Below are positions 53,332 to 64,000 of a stretch of DNA of 64,000 nucleotides, piece by piece. Each line of letters starts with the position of its first letter. The stretch's first letter is position 1. The DNA is taken from the NCBI GenBank assembly GCA_025201805.1, contig MU619238.1, positions 290,848-354,847 on the forward strand. The letters run 5' to 3'. The stretch comes from Parasitella parasitica NRRL 2501. Lineage: Eukaryota; Fungi; Mucoromycota. The position numbers and the translations under genes were made by a program. Below the pieces are notes generated by a model. It searched no databases. It was not told the DNA's origin and saw only the letters and a program-made list of their open reading frames with translations.

Positions 53332-55157
53332 CTATTTGCCGCCGTCTTGCTCTTCTTCCAACGAAGCAAAGCCATTTGCACTAAGCCAGGAAAACGATAT
53401 CACTAGCAAACTTGTGCAAATGACATCAATAATCGCAGTTCTAATGAATACGTTAGTGTTACGCTTCTTCAATCGTCTGGTTTTCGGAATACTTGCAAGT
53501 AGGGCAGAACGTAATTGTCAGGGTCATATTTGTATTTCCAGAGCCCCAGAGTCATGGATTTGCCCATCCTCAAAGCCGTAAATGTCTGTAAGTCTGCTCG
53601 TTAATATTTTACGGAGCCAACTTTAAAGCGCTTTCGTCATTACTTACGCAAATCACGGAGACGACAAAATAGGTCAATGCAAAGGAGAATGTGAAATCCA
53701 AATGCCCAATGTCCAAAAACCAAGCAATCGCCAAAAACAAAATCTGCACCGGTATATTCATCAGCAACAACGTTGACTCCACAACCTTGAATTGTTCCTG
53801 CACGCCTCTATGAAGGCAGGTGCTAATCCGCGAAGCATAAATCGACCCCAAATTGCCAGCTAAACCTGTAGTAGTCGTGCATGTACGAATTTAAGATGAG
53901 TGGAAAAGTCATGAATGCATAGACATTGTGTGTCTGTACCGCATAAAATTGGTGTCAACATGGCCAGCCCTTTAAACTTTTCAACATATCTTTCCAACAC
54001 AAGACCAGCACCGCTTGAAATCAACATGGCAACGATAATAGGTGTCCAGCCAGAAAATAACAAGCCTTTTACATGAGGGTTTTTCCATACCGATATCCCG
54101 CAAAATGGGATTGAGATGGACATGGTTAATAGTAGCCAGGTGCTTAAATTTGTTTCTAATAAAAAAAAAAAAAAGAAATAAACCAGATGAGGCGCGCAGA
54201 TGCTCTTTTTTTGAACTTACCCATATTAACTAGTAAAAGGTTTGCACATCCTGCCAAGATACCAAGTGTAACAACATCGCCTAGAGATGATGCCATAGGA
54301 CAAGCAATGTTGTCTGATATTATATACAAGTTAGACCAGACTGACATAGTGACATGTACACACAATATACTTGCCAGGATCAATCTTGAGAATCCGACTG
54401 ATGATAATCAATATACACATGAACAATCCCAGCACAAAGCTCGACACTGAAGCTGATACCATTGAACTTGCAATCACCAGCATACTTTCGCTGACTGTCA
54501 CTGCATCTTCAGGGTGCAATAATGCGCCCAAGAACACCGAGAATGAGCCTGCAACTGAGCCCGAAATAAGAGCTTGAACCTGGATCAGTGACATGTTGCC
54601 CCATACAAGTGCGTTTCTAGTTTCAGGATGATCTAGATCGCCCATGTTTGCAGACGTTGAGAATCTTGCAGCTAAATTCATCTCGAGATTGCCTTTTAAA
54701 TTCAACAGCACAGGTACCAAAATAAACAATTCTGACACCTGCGTAAACACCTGCCAATGCTAATGATTTCTCGGTTAAACACTGCAAAAAAAAAAAGCAT
54801 TGCACGGCATCATAGTTACTTGGTATATGTCCATCATCCATCCTGCTGCAATCAGTCCCACAACACAAATTAATAAAGATGGTAGCGCCTATTGTAATTT
54901 TAATGTTCCTTTTTCTTGGCTCTCTTGCAAAAATAGTAAAATAATATCCTCACCTGAGATGCAAGCTTGTTTCCGCTCGGTATAACCTGCTCTTTTTGCT
55001 GAGGTGCTCTGAAATGTATAAACGACGACGACGACGATGAAGCAGAGCGGGTGTGTCTACCGAGTCTTTTTTGCTGTCCTCCTGCTTGGAGATGGAAATC
55101 GCCTGGTGCTAACAGTTCTATTGCATCACTCTGTACAGGACTGTAGTTTGGTGGCAT
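53332..55157 (-). CDS. SLC41 (MgtE-like) Mg2+ transporter; multi-exon, including one GC-AG intron
   Basis: PVLLNLKGNLEMNLAARFST, IDPDNIACPMASSLGD, GSIYASRIST and DPDNYVLPYLTAIIDV motifs. Confidence 0.9.
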
Positions 55158-55340
55158 ATCAGTGAGTTTTTATATATATATATATATATATAGCAAAAGA
55201 AGAAGTGATGAATAAAAAAATAAAAAAATCTGGGTTTTCTCTTATTTTTAAAATGTTACAAAAGCGATCGTCAACAAAGCATGTCCGCGCCCGAGATCTC
55301 TTTATTGGTTGTAATAATGAGGATAAATACCAAATATAGC

Positions 55341-56615
55341 TCAATTCTTAAAGGTGCAGGCCAGCAGGTAAACGACAATGCAAACACTGAAAATCCACAC
55401 CCTTTCACTCCTTCGTTTCCTGTCCGAGTCCACTTTCCATTGGCGCAATTCGTCCATTTGCAACAGCACTTGCTCAACCATTTCTGTACTCTTTTCGCCC
55501 TTCCGCTTGACTCTGTACAGCTCTTGCTCCATCAGGTCCATCCGATCGTGCAATAGCATGTTGTTGTTTGTGCCATTGCGATTTGCTGCTGCTTTTGCGG
55601 TTGTACTGATAGTATTTGTTACACCATGTTCGTCTTGTTGCTGTGGGGATAGACTAGGCTTCTTTTCCTCCTCCTCCTCTCTTGTGCTGCTCAACCTTGC
55701 CGCCGCATCTCGTTGATATGCACCCAAATGCCCGATTTCATTCATAATCTTCTCCGCCATAACAGCAGTGTAGAGCTGCTGCAGCAGCAGGCTCTGAGCT
55801 AGGTACTCTTTCTTCAATGGCATGTTTCCGAGCATCATGTTGTCAGACAAAACTCTTGCTGGTGTGATTGCCGCCGACTGACCCCCTCGCGGCGTAAGGG
55901 TCTGCAAGTCGCATAGGATCCCTTGCAATGCATCCCACATTGATCCGGAGCGGTCCAAAACAGCGTCATGTACTGTGCTTTGCTGCAAAAATTGCTCGTA
56001 TGCCCACACTTGCCATCTCACTAGTCCGCTCTCTGTCCTGTCCTTCATGACCATCCCCCTCTGCTTGGACCTTGAAATCTGCGTTCTTATCTTGCGGTTG
56101 GAGATCTCGATTGCCTCGAACGTGGCTTCCAGTAACGCGCGAGTCGAATACAGCAGATGCGGCACCGTTGGAATAATCCAGTTGTGCATCATCTCGTCCC
56201 GGCTTGTGTTGTCAGAAGAAAAGCATGCGTCGAGCTCTGTGCTGAGCAACAGCCCCAGTTCATGCTCAACGCCAAAGGCCAAAGCCATGTCTCTAGCTTT
56301 GTCTACATTGACCCATATGTCACAGTAGGGAAACTGTGCAATCAGAAAATCCACTTCAAAATCTGTCATTTTCAGATCAAACAAGAACAGGCCCTCTGTA
56401 AGCGTGATACCCTTTGCTCTGAATAGCTGTCCTACAGATATGTAATGACGTTCAAATTCATAGTGGATGAGTCGGTAGATGGGCGTGTTGTTTAGCTCGA
56501 CTTTGAACGCTGGATACATTTTAGTCCGATGCTTGAGCAGAGCATCTGGCGTGTTTTCTATTTCCCAGTTAAAGAGCAATTGAAATTGTACGGGTAAATG
56601 CTGGGCTTCTTCCAT
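55341..56615 (-). CDS. KilA-N/APSES-like domain protein with coiled coil and C-terminal TM tail (Bqt4-like architecture)
   Basis: YISVGQLFRAKG...DIWVNVDKARDMALAFGV resembles KilA-N/APSES; C-terminal heptad-rich helix followed by VWIFSVCIVVYLLAC. Confidence 0.55.
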   Translation of the reverse strand: MEEAQHLPVQFQLLFNWEIENTPDALLKHRTKMYPAFKVELNNTPIYRLIHYEFERHYISVGQLFRAKGITLTEGLFLFDLKMTDFEVDFLIAQFPYCDIWVNVDKARDMALAFGVEHELGLLLSTELDACFSSDNTSRDEMMHNWIIPTVPHLLYSTRALLEATFEAIEISNRKIRTQISRSKQRGMVMKDRTESGLVRWQVWAYEQFLQQSTVHDAVLDRSGSMWDALQGILCDLQTLTPRGGQSAAITPARVLSDNMMLGNMPLKKEYLAQSLLLQQLYTAVMAEKIMNEIGHLGAYQRDAAARLSSTREEEEEKKPSLSPQQQDEHGVTNTISTTAKAAANRNGTNNNMLLHDRMDLMEQELYRVKRKGEKSTEMVEQVLLQMDELRQWKVDSDRKRRSERVWIFSVCIVVYLLACTFKN

Positions 56616-57423
56616 AAGTTGATTGGGATACTTGGGCGAAAAAAAAAAAAAAAAAAAAATGGATTGACAGCGAGACGCCCGAGTAATTTATTTCAACACA
56701 AATATATACACAAGTGCACAAGCCAAGAGCCTCTTGGCTATCGTGGCTGACGTTTTATAGATCTGCTCATATACCATCAATTTTTTTTTTTGGTTACTGG
56801 CATGTTACAAATACTAACTCTAACAATTGTCCAGCTTTCCGACCATCATATAAGGGTAGAATCACATATCAACTCATATTCGAGCCTTATAGTACCTGAA
56901 AACCGGCAATTTGAAGGCATGTTATCTCGAGGTAGAGAGGACCAGTTGAGCTCAGAACTACGCACCTGCTATAATTACAGTCAGCAGTAATATAAATAAG
57001 ACATGTCTAGACCCAACATCTCAAACCGTTTATTTTATGGTTTTTCTTTAGAATTCTGCCTTTTGTATAATTGCCATTTACGCAAACATTTCAGAGCAAT
57101 ATTTCTTGATTCTATACACCAATAGATGCATCACAAATTCAAGTACATTTTTATGAATTACACTTGCGTATATTTTGAGAAATTCAAGTTTAAAACTTTG
57201 CATGTCTGGCAAAAGTAAAGTTTGGGCTTAGTAGTGTCCTCTTATTCAACTGATACTGGTTACAATAGATAGCGTACCCTCATGCAAGCATTATACGCGC
57301 GTTGTTTCCACATTTCGTTTAGAAAAACAGTTTATTATTATTATTCTATAGTGCAAATAAACTTAAACGCTCTTTTTGCATTTGAAAATGATCAACGTAC
57401 AGTATTATAATAAAAAAGTAAGC

Positions 57424-57933
57424 TTAATCATAGTATTCTTCCAAGATCCAACGTTGGTTGGAAGCAACTTCACCATCGCGCTTTTCATACAAAATGACGG
57501 GGACACCATCGCCATCCTCGCGAGCTTGGATATCCAAGACCAAATCCGGACGAGCTGAGCAAAAGATATAGCCATCTTCATCAATGCCCCACTTTTGATT
57601 AGCGGCTTCCTCAGACATCTTTTGGGCATATTGAATGATTGCAGACTCGGATTTCATTTCGCCGCCATTGATGTCGAGAACCTTGGCAGAATTCGCATTG
57701 ATAAAGTAACCATCTTGATAACGCCACAGTTGGTTCAAGCAATCATCACTCTTTTGAGAATAGACAATCACTTCGGCAGCATCCTAAATAGACAGATAGA
57801 AACGGCTGTCAGTACATTTGTCGCATAGGCTGAGAAAAGTTCAAAATTTATAAAATACCTCAGTAGAGCCTTCCTTCACATCAAGAACACGGCCGTTCAT
57901 TTGGCTTTTGATGAAATACATGGTTCCAGTCAT
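57424..57933 (-). CDS. Ricin-B (beta-trefoil) lectin-fold protein, mucoricin ortholog; exons 57933-57859 and 57783-57424 (144 aa)
   Basis: Three NQxW repeats (NQLW, NQKW, NQRW), VLDV/VLDI motifs and EEAAN. Closely resembles the Rhizopus delemar mucoricin sequence as I recall it. Confidence 0.85.
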
Positions 57934-58231
57934 CTTGAACAAATAAATTTATTGTAGAATAAACAAGTAGGATAATAAAAGCTCGGTTAAAAGGATGTTA
58001 TTTTATAGTTTTTTCTTCTGTATGATATAGATGCACAATGATCTAATTATAATATAATTTCTGCCTCTTACCATTATCGTTTGTATTCGGAACACATTGT
58101 GTGTATTCCGGGCTGTGCGCTAATTATGGACAAGTAGTCGGTTCTTCAAGTCTATGTAGTACTTGAAAGTCAGATTCTTAATAGATATCATGATTAATGT
58201 TTGTATATAAAGCCTAGAACGATCTTGATCT

Positions 58232-59383
58232 TTATTTTTTTAAACTATATGAATACACGTTATCGATAAGCCTTGACTGCAGCGCTTGAATTTCAGCATA
58301 CACTACATAGACAATTAAAAATGAGTAAAATTGCGTGCATGAATCTATTTTAGGGTCAGCTTACAATCGTCTGCAAAGACAATACTAGGATCTGCTTCTA
58401 TCCAGACATTCTGCAAGAATGCTAGTAGTGAACCGGTCAGTAAGACAGATTCTTCTACTGGAAGCTTTTCAATGTAATCAAAATCAACTTGGAATGGATT
58501 TTTGGGGTTCGATGTCATTAACAATACTTCAGCCACCATTTCCCATAACGAAACATCTAGAACAAGATATATAGGTTTTGAAAACTTGTCAATCAATCAA
58601 CATGATGTTTTATATGTACCATTTATTTTCCATTCATTGGTCTTTTGTAGCTGTAAAGGATTATCGTCATCTTCTATGTGTCCTGGTTGTGCTCGAATGA
58701 GTTGGTCGTGATGCGATCTTAGCTTTAATACAGGTTACATATCAAATATTATTATAAAGACTGCACTTGCACACCTACCCAGACGTACGGACATCTATAT
58801 TTAGCATAGCCTGCTACAAGGAATACGATTTTATTTTTTTCCTATACATCACAAAGTATTTTAGCTATGTGCTTGGAATATATATATATATATGTATGAT
58901 GTATACTAACTTGACGGAAATCTTCGTCTAATGGACTTTGAGGCTCGGGTGATTGCCATTGAGACAGTTTGCTTCTAAATGAAGGTTATCATTAGTCATT
59001 GATCAAACAATAAGCAAGTAAATCTCAGGAACGTCTAATACTGAGGGTAATATTTAGTGAGGACATCTTTTGGCATCAAAACGGAGGGAGTTGGTGTGTA
59101 ATTATTGGTATATATGCATAAAACAAGTTCTTCTCGGCCTCTGACAAACGATTCAAAGTGCTTGAAGCCCTATTTTATCTGTTATTACTACTATGTTTGT
59201 ATCGAGTCCGAAAATTTAATCATACTCTTAGACTTCCCAAAGTTAAACACTCTTGAAGAAAGGCAGCTAATCGTGTAGAATTCTTAACAAGTTCTCTCTA
59301 CAATAACAAAAAAAAAACGTGAATACATGCTATCTGTATCCGAATAAATATGTGTTTATTACGTTAGGGTCTGGTCCCAGCAT
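58232..59383 (-). CDS. Conserved uncharacterised protein; about 8 small exons
   Basis: Manual splicing gives MLGPDPN|RELVKNSTRLAAFLQECLTLGSLR|GFKHFESFVRGREEL...VFLVAGYAKYRCPYVW|LRSHH...DVSLWEMVAEV...LYAEIQAL...KK*, with GT-AG junctions in consistent phase. Confidence 0.7.
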
Positions 59384-60524
59384 TTCTATGTTACTGAAGA
59401 GTTGTTGTTATTTTACGTTTGTTTTACTGCAAATCTCGGGTATAATATGTAGACAGGTGGAAAATAGATAAAATATATTCTTGTTGAACGCATCACAAAA
59501 AGCTCCACCACCATGATGTACGAATTTAGTTCATCACGTGTACAACTGTATTGCATTTTTTATCAATTATGTGGATATCCTATGGTTGTGTCCATATACG
59601 GCATATCAACAGGATTTACAAAGGCGCACAATCATCTAGAAACCTTGTTCATGTGTCATTTCAAGATGCCATTGATCAACGTAGCAAAACCATGCTCTCA
59701 GCCAGGATGACATTTCTGGTTTATGTATGTATACACTTTTCGAGATATATGTTTATCATACAGTCAGACAATCAGTTAGCCTTGAATCAATCAGCTGGGA
59801 TCCTTTACAAACGTATCAAGCCTTCTTCTGTCGCCAAATACTTTAAAGAGATGTAATCATTGAGCCGTCTTTACAGCTTTTCTTTCATTTTTGTTCGACT
59901 ATGAATTATTCAACTGTATAACATAATTTTAAAACAAAAGAGACAGAGAGAGGAGAAATATCCCCCTAAGAATATTTCAAGTAGGGACAAGAAGTATTAG
60001 ATTTCTATTTTGAATTAAAAATGCCCAAGAATAGAAAACATTTTATAATAATATGCGAGATTGCGACGCCCTAATTATTTTATTTTTGATTAAACAGCCA
60101 TTGTGCAGGAGCAATAGGTATTTTTAAATGAATGACTACTGTATTTGGGTTTTCGGACCACAATACAAAATTGTTTGAACTTCATAATGTTTGAATGTTG
60201 ATAATATATTTCGGATATATCCGTTAGATATTAAACATCTGAATAAGCTCAAATATGTAGATAAGTCTATAAAACTGCAAAGGTATTCAAACTAAATTAC
60301 ACAACTATCAAACTATCAAACTATCAAAGTGCATATACTAGCAAGGCTTTAAATTGTACTTATCCGTCAAATTATGCATTTACATAGTGGCAGCTTATCC
60401 CTGAATCTAAACTTAACCCAGCCATTTCATTTTGTTTTCTCCTTTGATTATATGTCTCTTCAAAAATCATAGCATATTCAAGCAAATGACAATATAAATT
60501 CACATTAACATTTTATGTTAGGTA

Positions 60525-61965
60525 CAGTCGGAACTCGTTATAACGGACGGGTTAGTGAACAAAAATATGTTTGATATAGCAAGATATGCTCTATTTAGAA
60601 TTTGATACTCTACAGTACAGTATCTGGAACCTGAAATCTACCAGAAGCTTATTATAAAGCTTAACTTTTGCTAATAAAATTACCTCAACCCCAATCCTGA
60701 CCTCTATTTTACTTTCTATTTTACATGTTTAGCACTAGAATTACAAAAAAAGGAACTCTTGAACTGACATTAAGTATTATTATAAGCAACAATGGTAATA
60801 GGACTTCTCTGTCACTAGCAATTACCAACTTTTGGTTTGTTCACAAATAACAAGGGGTAATTGCAGCAAAACATTGCATTCATAAATTATCCTCTTCTGC
60901 TTCCAACGCGATGAGCCACAGCTGTTTTATCATTTTACTATAAAGAAAGTTATACTTGTGGCATCAAAATACTTACTTTGTAGAGCTGCGTCATGTACTA
61001 GAATTGATATTGACGAGATGTCATCTCCAGATAGGTATTTTTTACAGCTTAAAAGCAAGAAATTTAGCTTTGTGTGCCATTTTTTGATTAATTTTTATAA
61101 TGAAAGGTGCCCCAAAAACACCAGAAATAGTATCTATTGGGAAAAAACTATATTATATATGATTATGGTGCAATTTGAGCATGATTTTTTTTTCGATGCA
61201 AAATCATGGATTTTTTCGATTTTTTCCTTGTATTCACACATCCAAAATCATTGATTATGCATTATCCTCGATTTTGACCCCAAAAATGCAACTTTTTACT
61301 ATGTCATATATTAGAGGAAAATGATCGTAAAAGACCACTCCTTGATCTGAAAGACTGAAAATGCGCTCTGATTAAGCAAAATTTCGACTTTTCCCTCTTG
61401 ATCTGTTTTGAGGTTTTCCCGACATAATTTCTTCCATAAGCATAAGAGAATAACGAAATGATACCAGCGTGTAGAGCGTCCAAAAATACAGCTATTATCA
61501 TAGACTGACGGCCGTAGTATGCATAGTACCAGAAGATGATATCTTGCCTTAAAGAAGTAATTTAGTTTTCGAACTGTCCAAATGGAGTTTCTAAAAGAAG
61601 TTTTCCTTCCTGATTTTGGACGCGTTTGAATCTCCGACATCAAAGAAAATTGGTGTAATTTTTAAAGAAAGCGTTAGCTTTGAGAAGCCACAGCTTATCC
61701 AATTTAAGAGAGAAACAATTGAAGCCTAGTTCATTTAAATTGTGTACTTCGTAGCTTTCTAATGGTAGTACTTGCATGTCTGTACCTGGCCTAACGATCT
61801 CACGCTCCGACTTTGAAAAATACTTTTCCAAAAAAGTCGTTACCTTCATCTGATGTCAACTTAAAAAGTACAAAAACTTGCTCTAAGCTATGCAAACATG
61901 TAATCAAAAGGTGCCTTATAGTCTAATGCTTAAATTTAAATTACTCTTTTTTGTGTTTGAAATTG
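60525..61965 (+). mobile_element. Repeat copy B with an intact Tc1/mariner (pogo/Tigger-like) terminus
   Basis: TA|CAGTCGGAACTCGTTATAACGGA at 60523-60547, containing the palindrome CGTTATAACG. 60575-61965 is the inverted copy of 21940-23331. No partner TIR is seen in the window. Confidence 0.7.
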
Positions 61966-64000
61966 CTAAACATTGTTTTCTTACAGTTTTTGTCTTTTTT
62001 TTACAATAACAAAATAAAGTTCCCGAAAAAAAAAAAAAAAAAAAAAAAATCAGGCGCCTAAAATCTACGCTGGCTTTGCAAAGACACACACTTTCGAACC
62101 ATTCCAATATTATGGAAAAGATGGCACAGGTTTGACCAGCTATCCTACTGTGCAACTGGATATAGAGAACCCAGCTTGGTATTTGTCTGACAAGACCTTC
62201 TACACTAGAAGACGCCAGATCAACAGAAGGTATAAGTGCCAGAGAAAAGGGAACGATCTGCCACCAGGAAAATACACCCATTCATAAAAAATTATTTGTA
62301 TAAAAATTTATGAAATCCTAAGGACATAAATAAAGCCTATCTTCAACATTGCTCTCCGTTTCTGAATCCAATTAAAGGTTTTTGATCCAAAGTCAACAGG
62401 CACACTTACACCCAGAATCACAGATGTTTGTCAATAGACAACCATAAAAATTTTTAAAAAATATATTGAAATTAAAGATATGATGTAAATAGGTTATTTT
62501 ACAACACATTCTCTTTGTATTTTCACTATGAATGAAACAAAGCAACCACTCTTTTTTTCTAAATATGGATTGAAATCTTTTTAGAGAAACATATATCTTC
62601 TCTTAAAACTTTCTAAGCTTTTATCAAAAGTAATAGGTTTGTTACCAGAAGTCCTAATATATACTATCACAATTACCATGACCTTTATCATTTACTTGAA
62701 CTTTTTTTTCAGAAACTGCAAAATGACAGTAGTAGGAAAACCGGAGCTTTTGACTTCACTATACAGCTTGCTCTGTTGAGGGCCCTTGGGGGGGGATGGT
62801 CATAGCACACAAGAAGGTTTTTATTTTATTTGGATTCTGTCATGCCGCTAAGCGCTTTATCTTACTGAAAACATCAGATTACTACTTTTTATATATAAAG
62901 TCCAACTTTGTTGGTATATCACAAACCTTTGAATACAGCAAGTGACAAATCTCACGCAAGAATATCCAAATAATAAACGGAAAAGTGATCGCTTTTTTTT
63001 TACTCGAGTTATTCGCATTAAAAGGTCATCAGGTCATAATATCGTTGGAAACTGAAGGCTGATGATAACGCTGTTGGCTCAAGGATCTGTTTGAAGAGCC
63101 TGCTTCTATCTCAAAAGACCTGTGATGTTTTTAGCGAAGGACTTCAGCTCCCGAGGAGTTATCGGGCAGACGATTTGTAAAAAGATATTTGTATAGTGTT
63201 TTATTCATCGTCAATTCAGTATAGAGCCTCAAAGAAGACCTGGTTGACTAACACAGTATTAGTTATGACTTGAACCATCAAAATGCATACAATCATCAAT
63301 TTACTGAAAAAACGGCATTTTGCTGTGGCTGACAATATTCACCCAGCTGGACTGCATAGGCTACATTATTTGGGCAAAGTCCTACAAGAGGCAGGTGTAG
63401 CACAAACACATCGTCAGCGACCCTTCAGCACTTTTGATGGTTGAAAAGCCCTCCAGACATCGAGCCCCTGTGTGAACTGCACGATGCGTATGTCATTAGG
63501 GCTCCAGCAGTACGGGATAATAACGTTGTATCACTATCTGCTTCTTATTCCAACATGCCAATATCTCGATCATCATCCACCTTGTGGAGAGTGGTTGACA
63601 AATCAGACGACAGAATGCAGTGTTCCTCCTGAATACGACAATATGATAATGGGTTATTGTATCTCATCTACCGACTTGTTCTGTTCCTCACATGCGGGGT
63701 TCGCTGTTCATATTACACACCTCGTGTTGAACCCAGAAACGCCCAAGATACCGTACACTTCCCCTCCAGTTACCAACCTAACATTGGCGTTGTTATAGTT
63801 TGTGTCTTTTTCTCCAGCCCATGATCCGATCTCAACCTTGTGTTTCTTAACCATGCGACAGTGATCACTCCTTGCAGCGTAACTTTGGAAGTGTGAGCTC
63901 TCTTTGAAGAAAGCCATCAACCTCATTTCCTATTTCGAATTATTTTTGTCTATGTCCTCTACTTGTATTTTGAAAGGCTTTAAGCACTAAATATACTGAA

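Noticed and set aside
21940-61965. Giant composite transposon or Starship-like element
   Set aside because: The recognisable terminus faces inward, there is no outer TSD or captain/transposase gene, and the cargo is ordinary housekeeping genes.
63000-63930. Possible retroelement or gene remnant (also 59513-59860)
   Set aside because: Multiple stops in all frames and no diagnostic RT, integrase or other motif recognised.

Overview
Eukaryotic, AT-rich fungal DNA with short (about 50-80 nt) GT-AG introns and gene content typical of Mucorales (Mucoromycota). It contains about 20 mostly intron-containing protein genes: SCJ1-like DnaJ, amidohydrolase, ARP10, KAR2/BiP, lipin/PAH1, PA-domain subtilase, hexokinase, TTC27/EMW1, PEX6, AGX1, a MYND protein, a GNAT, a repeat protein, an Ariadne RBR ligase, a BCKDK/PDK-family kinase, an SLC41 Mg transporter, an APSES-like tail-anchored protein, a mucoricin-like ricin-B protein and two uncharacterised genes. 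There is also an initiator tRNA-Met and two assembly gaps. The main highlight is a ~2 kb non-autonomous element (15704-17673) with 24-bp PIF/Harbinger-type TIRs and a TTA target-site duplication. It carries an internally deleted Fanzor1 (eukaryotic TnpB) gene and a structured 3' region consistent with an omegaRNA. Other highlights are an ortholog of the Mucorales toxin mucoricin and a ~1.4 kb near-identical repeat present as an inverted pair 37 kb apart, associated with Tc1/mariner-type termini. All calls were made by eye, without database searches.
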